A DNA stretch of 64,000 bases from Promethearchaeota archaeon Loki_b32. GTDB lineage: Archaea > Asgardarchaeota > Lokiarchaeia > Sigyniarchaeales > SOKP01. The stretch's first letter is position 1. The number at the start of each line of letters is the position of its first letter. Location: positions 64,001 through 128,000 of the forward strand of contig NJBH01000003.1 of assembly GCA_005223125.1 (NCBI GenBank). Reading direction: 5' to 3'. Made by a program: the position numbers and the translations under genes. Under the pieces are notes generated by a model. That model ran no database searches and was not told where the DNA came from. It saw nothing but the letters and a program-made list of their open reading frames with translations. Positions 59,175-64,000 of the stretch are shown one piece after another.

Positions 59175-60497
59175 ATGGATAAAAAAATTGTATTAATCGG
59201 AGCGGGTTCAACCTCATTCGGCCCCCCAATGTTTAATGACATCTATTTAAGTGATGTTTTGAAAGGTTCAACAATTGTACTTCACGATATTAATAGAGAA
59301 AAGTTAGAAATAATTTATGACCTTTTAATAGCTGAAAATGAGAAGCATGATAACAAATTCAGTCTTGAACGAACAACTGATAGGTCTAAAGCACTAAAAG
59401 ATGCTGATTTTATAATCAATTCAATAGAAGTTGGTGATCGAATGGAATTATGGCGCCAGGATTATGAGATACCAAGAAAACATGGTTCAACACAGATTTT
59501 AGGGGAGTGTGGCGGGCCAGGAGGTACTTTTCATGCGTGGAGAATAATTCCTCCAATTGTTGAGATTATCGAAGATGTTGAAAAAATTTGTCCTAATGCG
59601 TTTTTCATTAATTTTTCAAATCCTATGTCTCGAGTTTGCTTAGCTATTAAAAGGAGTGTAGAAAAACTAAATTTTATTGGCTTATGCCACCAAATAGGGT
59701 TTATGGTAATTTATTTACCTAAGTTATTTAATAGGTCGATAAACGAGTTAAAAATGTCTGTTGCGGGGCTTAATCATTTTGCTTTTCTCTTAGGAATAGA
59801 GGAATTATCTACAGGAAATAATTTAATGCCTTTTTTCAATGCTAATGCCATGAAATATTTTAAAGAACGTGAGGATCGATTTGTGTTCTCTATGCTTACC
59901 TTTGAAGTTTTTAAAAGGTTTAAAGCTTTTTCTTACGTTGGGGATAATCATCTAGGTGAATACCTCCAATTTGGCGAGGAATTCACAGAAACTCAAGATA
60001 TGGTAGATTGGATAAATTTCATAGATAAAGAAGGCGAATTTTGGTATAGAAGATATCTTAATAAGCATAAAAGACTTAAGAGAGGTAAATATCCAAAAAA
60101 AGGAATTTTATCTAGAAGACCCTCAGGAGAAAGAGCAGTTCCAATAATTGAAGCTATAATTAATGATAAGAATTCATATGAAACAGCAGTTAATATTCCC
60201 AATAATGGAATAATAGATAATTTACCAAAAGATTTAGTTTTAGAATGCTCGGCAACGGTTGATAAAAATGGTGTTCATGGTATACGAGTAGGAGCTTTAC
60301 CTAAAAATATTGCGGCATTACTTCGCATAGAAGCCACAATCCAAGATTTATGTATTGAAGCAGTTCTTAAAAAATCCAAAGATCTTGCGATCGCATGTTT
60401 AGCCATCGATCCGAATGTTGGCAGTTTTGAAATGGCAGAAAATATCTATAATGAGATGATTGAAGTACAGAAAAACTTTTTACCGAATTTTAAGTAA
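59175..60497 (+). CDS. glycoside hydrolase family 4 (NAD-dependent alpha-galactosidase/glucosidase)
   Basis: IVLIGAGS, ALKDADF, GPGG, NFSNP, GLCH, AGLNHF, NIPNNGIIDNLP. Confidence 0.93.
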   Translation: MDKKIVLIGAGSTSFGPPMFNDIYLSDVLKGSTIVLHDINREKLEIIYDLLIAENEKHDNKFSLERTTDRSKALKDADFIINSIEVGDRMELWRQDYEIPRKHGSTQILGECGGPGGTFHAWRIIPPIVEIIEDVEKICPNAFFINFSNPMSRVCLAIKRSVEKLNFIGLCHQIGFMVIYLPKLFNRSINELKMSVAGLNHFAFLLGIEELSTGNNLMPFFNANAMKYFKEREDRFVFSMLTFEVFKRFKAFSYVGDNHLGEYLQFGEEFTETQDMVDWINFIDKEGEFWYRRYLNKHKRLKRGKYPKKGILSRRPSGERAVPIIEAIINDKNSYETAVNIPNNGIIDNLPKDLVLECSATVDKNGVHGIRVGALPKNIAALLRIEATIQDLCIEAVLKKSKDLAIACLAIDPNVGSFEMAENIYNEMIEVQKNFLPNFK

Positions 60498-60723
60498 TCT
60501 ATAGTTATTTTAATATTAATTTAAATTAAAAAAATTTATAGAATTGTCAAAATAGTAACACATTTTCTGGTTTTTTACCCTTTTAGAAAATATTTTTAAA
60601 AAAGCTGTAAGAATTTGATAAAACCTTTTAAATATTCTTTACACATTAGTAAATATACTTCTAATATATTTATAAACTTATATTTTCATTATTCCCACAA
60701 TACAATTAAAATTGTGTTGGGCG

Positions 60724-63700
60724 ATGCAATCAGAAACTAGTAATAATTCACAAGAAAGGATTAGGAAAGCCACAGACCTACTTCAAAAGTCTTGGTGGTT
60801 TTGTTTCTATCTTATTATTGCTCCATTGATTATTACATTATTAGTAATTATAATCTTTACTCAATCTGGAGTAAATTTATTCATTTCATTATCTTTTTCT
60901 GTTTTAACTTTTATGTTTGCTTTCCTCTTTTTTTATAAGGTATATGACAAATATAGAAAAACTCCATTTTTCTTAAATAAAGAAAATAATCTTATAGCTA
61001 GAATCCAGATTTTGTTCCTAATTTCCATCTTATCTTTTATAGTAACCCCAATATTTTATTTAATTTCACCTCCAGGTACCTCTTTTGCTTTACTTCCTCT
61101 AATTAGCTATGCTGTTCTCTATAATATTGTATATTACTATTATTACTTCCAACCTATAGATTTTTTTAACTTAGAAGAAGGGACATTCAAACATACTGGA
61201 AATTTAAAATTAATGGTTAAGCAACCATATAACTTTACAATTTTTCTCAATTATTTAATTCATCTTATTTTTCTAGGTTTTACAGCCTTCACTGACTTTT
61301 CTTGGCTTTTTGGTCTTATTTCAAACTTAATTTTTTATTTCATCACAGTAAAAACTACCAAAGTTCAGGTTGATAAAATTAAAGCCCTTTTAAATGAAAA
61401 AAAGCCAATTTTAAAAGAATTAACTTCTTTTAAACAGAGTTTTGTATTATCTATAGTTAGCCTTCTTTTTATCATATTAATTCAAATGCCTTTTGTCATT
61501 ATCGTAATATTCAGTCTTTTGGGTGTTCAGTATTCGAGCTTAGAACTGATAAGCACCTCTTTTTTAACAATAATCTTTGTCCTATTTTATTTTAAATCTA
61601 GGTTTTATGTTAGTGTGTATTATACTTCGAAACTTAACCTGTTCGATATGCCTGAAAAAGTTGAAGATTCTGAAGTAAAATCTTCGCTAACACATATTAA
61701 GTATCAGAAACAGAATTCCTATGTATCCGGGATATTAATTCTATTAATAACAATATTCTCTTTTTTACTTGAGATTCCCCTATTAAACTTAATTATTCTT
61801 CCATTTCTATTTATTATCCTTCATTATGAACAAAAATCAGAACTCTGTCCTAAAGAGTATAATAGATTTGTGGTTATATTAAATACTATTGCACTTTTGA
61901 TAACTATCGCTTTTGGTATAATTCCAGTGATACTGGAAACCATCTTACTAAATTTCTTAGTATTTTCTCTTTCCTTGTATTTTATTTTGCAAGTATTTGT
62001 GAAATATGAGTATTTCATTAAAGAAGATATTCTCGTTTACCAAAATTTACTTGCTATGGCCAGTTTTGCATTAATATTATATTCATTCTTCCCGATAGCT
62101 ATATTTGAATATACTGCTTTTACATCAGATCCCCTAATCATTTTCGTTTCAAATTTTCTCTTACACTCATTACTAATTTCGATCACCTTCCTAATTTCAC
62201 TGTATATATTAGGTGTTCGATATTTTTATGCAAAGAGCCCTAAGTTATTCAGAAGGCTTATAGTAGGATTTAGTTTTTTAATTGAACTCGCAATTTTTAC
62301 TTTTATTAATTTTCGGTATTTTTTTGTGATGGACTTTATCAGATTTTTACTGGTAATTTGCATTTCATCTATTTTATTCCCAATTATCTTCTTAGTTTTT
62401 CTTTTAATAAATTATAGTTTAAACACATTTCCACTGGAATACTTCTTAAAATTAAGCTATATATCTTTTTGGATATTATTAGTTGATTTTTTCCTCTCTC
62501 TATTGGTCATATCTCTACTAAGCACTTATTTTATTATTATAATAATAATAGATTTCCTCATCTCATCTGTTTTTTATTATTATATCTTAAAGTTTGGACT
62601 GAAATTAGAAAGAGTGAATGAAGTCAAGTTTAAAAAGTACGTTAAAATCAATTCATATAGCATTACTATTGAGCTTTTATCTCTGTTTTTCATAATATTT
62701 TTTATAGCTTTTCAAGCTCTTTCGTTATTTGAAAATATAATTTATTCATTATATTTATCTTTGGCATTAGTTTGTTTATTAATCAATCTTTTTTCTAAGA
62801 AGGAAATCTTTTCTGAAGGGCTTTATTTCAAAATTAACACATTTATTCTTCTCTATAGCTCATTAATAGCATTCTATTACTTTTTGTTGCTCACTCTTGA
62901 TACTTTTTATGTGTTTATAATTCCTCTAATGGTTTTTAACATAATTTTTTACTTTCCTCTTTTATATCTTAGAAAAAAGAGTGTATTACAAATATTAACA
63001 TCTAAGTTATTGAAAATAAATAGTATACTATTCTCAGTGACATTATCATTAATTCCGACTATTAGAGGATTAGAACTCTACAATTTGGGCGAATTTTTTG
63101 ATATTATTTTCTTAATAATGACTGTGATAAACTTTACTCTATATATTGATTTTACAATTCTTACAATTTATTACTATATATCGAAGAAAATCAAAACCAA
63201 TGAAGAACGAGTAGGATTTTTCCAAAAAGTACAAGTGCTCATAACAATATGCATTGGTATTACAACAATATTCTATTATCCTTTTTTCTTGCTTATTGAT
63301 ACGCTCTATTGCGTAGTTTTACCTTCAATTTTTATGTTCTGCTTCCTTTATATTCCTCTTTATTATTCTTACAAGAGAGTGGCATTCAATATAGGATTTA
63401 TTAAAAGATTAATCCTTTTCAATACTTTAATTTTAACAGGGCTATTTACTTCAATTCCAACAATAATTAGCGTTAACTTAATTAATTTAGGATTTGTTTT
63501 TGATTTTAATAGTTTTGTGCTGAACACAATAAACTTTTCCACATACATATTCTATATTTTCTTATTAATCCTGAATAGTTTATTAAAAAAATTTGAGATA
63601 AAGCAAAAGTACATCCTTGTTTTAAATCGATTACGGTATATTACTATATTTAGCATTTCTATCACAACCATTTTCTTTTATCCCTTTTTATTACTCTATG

Positions 63701-64000
63701 GAACTTATTATAGTGTAATTGTACCTTTAATCGCATTACTATTTTCTTGGTTCTTTCTTTTCTATTATTCATATAAAAAAGAGTACTTCAACCTAGAATG
63801 GGTTAAAAGATTAACAATCTATAATTTTACAGGTTTATCTAGTTTAATTATATCTTTACCAACTATTATTGGTTTAGAATTAATCAGAATTGGATTTGAA
63901 GCGAACATAATTCTTATAACAACTATAACTCTAATCTTACTCTTTATTTTTTTTAAGATTTCTGAGATTATAAGTGTTAAAGTAAAATTAAAGGAGAATT
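60724..64000 (+). CDS. very large polytopic membrane protein with ~134-aa repeats (runs off window end)
   Basis: ATG 60724 MQSETSNNSQERIRKATDLLQKSWWFCF...; no stop in the segments I translated, and absence from the ORF track fits a frame with no stop in the window (>1090 codons); F/I/L/Y-rich. Confidence 0.85.
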   Translation, partial: MQSETSNNSQERIRKATDLLQKSWWFCFYLIIAPLIITLLVIIIFTQSGVNLFISLSFSVLTFMFAFLFFYKVYDKYRKTPFFLNKENNLIARIQILFLISILSFIVTPIFYLISPPGTSFALLPLISYAVLYNIVYYYYYFQPIDFFNLEEGTFKHTGNLKLMVKQPYNFTIFLNYLIHLIFLGFTAFTDFSWLFGLISNLIFYFITVKTTKVQVDKIKALLNEKKPILKELTSFKQSFVLSIVSLLFIILIQMPFVIIVIFSLLGVQYSSLELISTSFLTIIFVLFYFKSRFYVSVYYTSKLNLFDMPEKVEDSEVKSSLTHIKYQKQNSYVSGILILLITIFSFLLEIPLLNLIILPFLFIILHYEQKSELCPKEYNRFVVILNTIALLITIAFGIIPVILETILLNFLVFSLSLYFILQVFVKYEYFIKEDILVYQNLLAMASFALILYSFFPIAIFEYTAFTSDPLIIFVSNFLLHSLLISITFLISLYILGVRYFYAKSPKLFRRLIVGFSFLIELAIFTFINFRYFFVMDFIRFLLVICISSILFPIIFLVFLLINYSLNTFPLEYFLKLSYISFWILLVDFFLSLLVISLLSTYFIIIIIIDFLISSVFYYYILKFGLKLERVNEVKFKKYVKINSYSITIELLSLFFIIFFIAFQALSLFENIIYSLYLSLALVCLLINLFSKKEIFSEGLYFKINTFILLYSSLIAFYYFLLLTLDTFYVFIIPLMVFNIIFYFPLLYLRKKSVLQILTSKLLKINSILFSVTLSLIPTIRGLELYNLGEFFDIIFLIMTVINFTLYIDFTILTIYYYISKKIKTNEERVGFFQKVQVLITICIGITTIFYYPFFLLIDTLYCVVLPSIFMFCFLYIPLYYSYKRVAFNIGFIKRLILFNTLILTGLFTSIPTIISVNLINLGFVFDFNSFVLNTINFSTYIFYIFLLILNSLLKKFEIKQKYILVLNRLRYITIFSISITTIFFYPFLLLYGTYYSVIVPLIALLFSWFFLFYYSYKKEYFNLEWVKRLTIYNFTGLSSLIISLPTIIGLELIRIGFEANIILITTITLILLFIFFKISEIISVKVKLKEN

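Noticed and set aside
1-64000. Selenoprotein/SECIS signals expected in Lokiarchaeia
   Set aside because: No gene here appeared truncated at an in-frame TGA at a Cys-equivalent position; not exhaustively searched.

Overview
AT-rich, gene-dense archaeal chromosome segment. Gene content (Rab-like GTPase with longin/roadblock-like neighbours, PolB1, Alba, CdhB/CdhC, many fatty-acid CoA enzymes, tetraether synthase) points to an Asgard archaeon, probably Lokiarchaeia (inference, no database search). Most of it is housekeeping: lipid/acyl-CoA metabolism, Wood-Ljungdahl subunits, NAD salvage and a phosphate uptake cluster. The most striking structure is at 37.4-43.1 kb. The family-B DNA polymerase gene is followed by a two-gene cassette (unknown protein + PD-(D/E)xK nuclease with a PIP-like tail), then by a second, ~60% identical, stop-interrupted copy of the polymerase's last ~120 codons. 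This looks like a cassette that entered through the polB 3' end and replaced it, with no integrase. Other items missing from the ORF track: a tRNA-Thr(UGU) with a 30-nt intron in the D-loop (14/15), four genes that appear to start at ATT/ATA/ACG, a repeated CTATATAG motif upstream of the phosphate genes, a 59-aa ORF, and a >1090-aa repeat membrane protein running off the right end.
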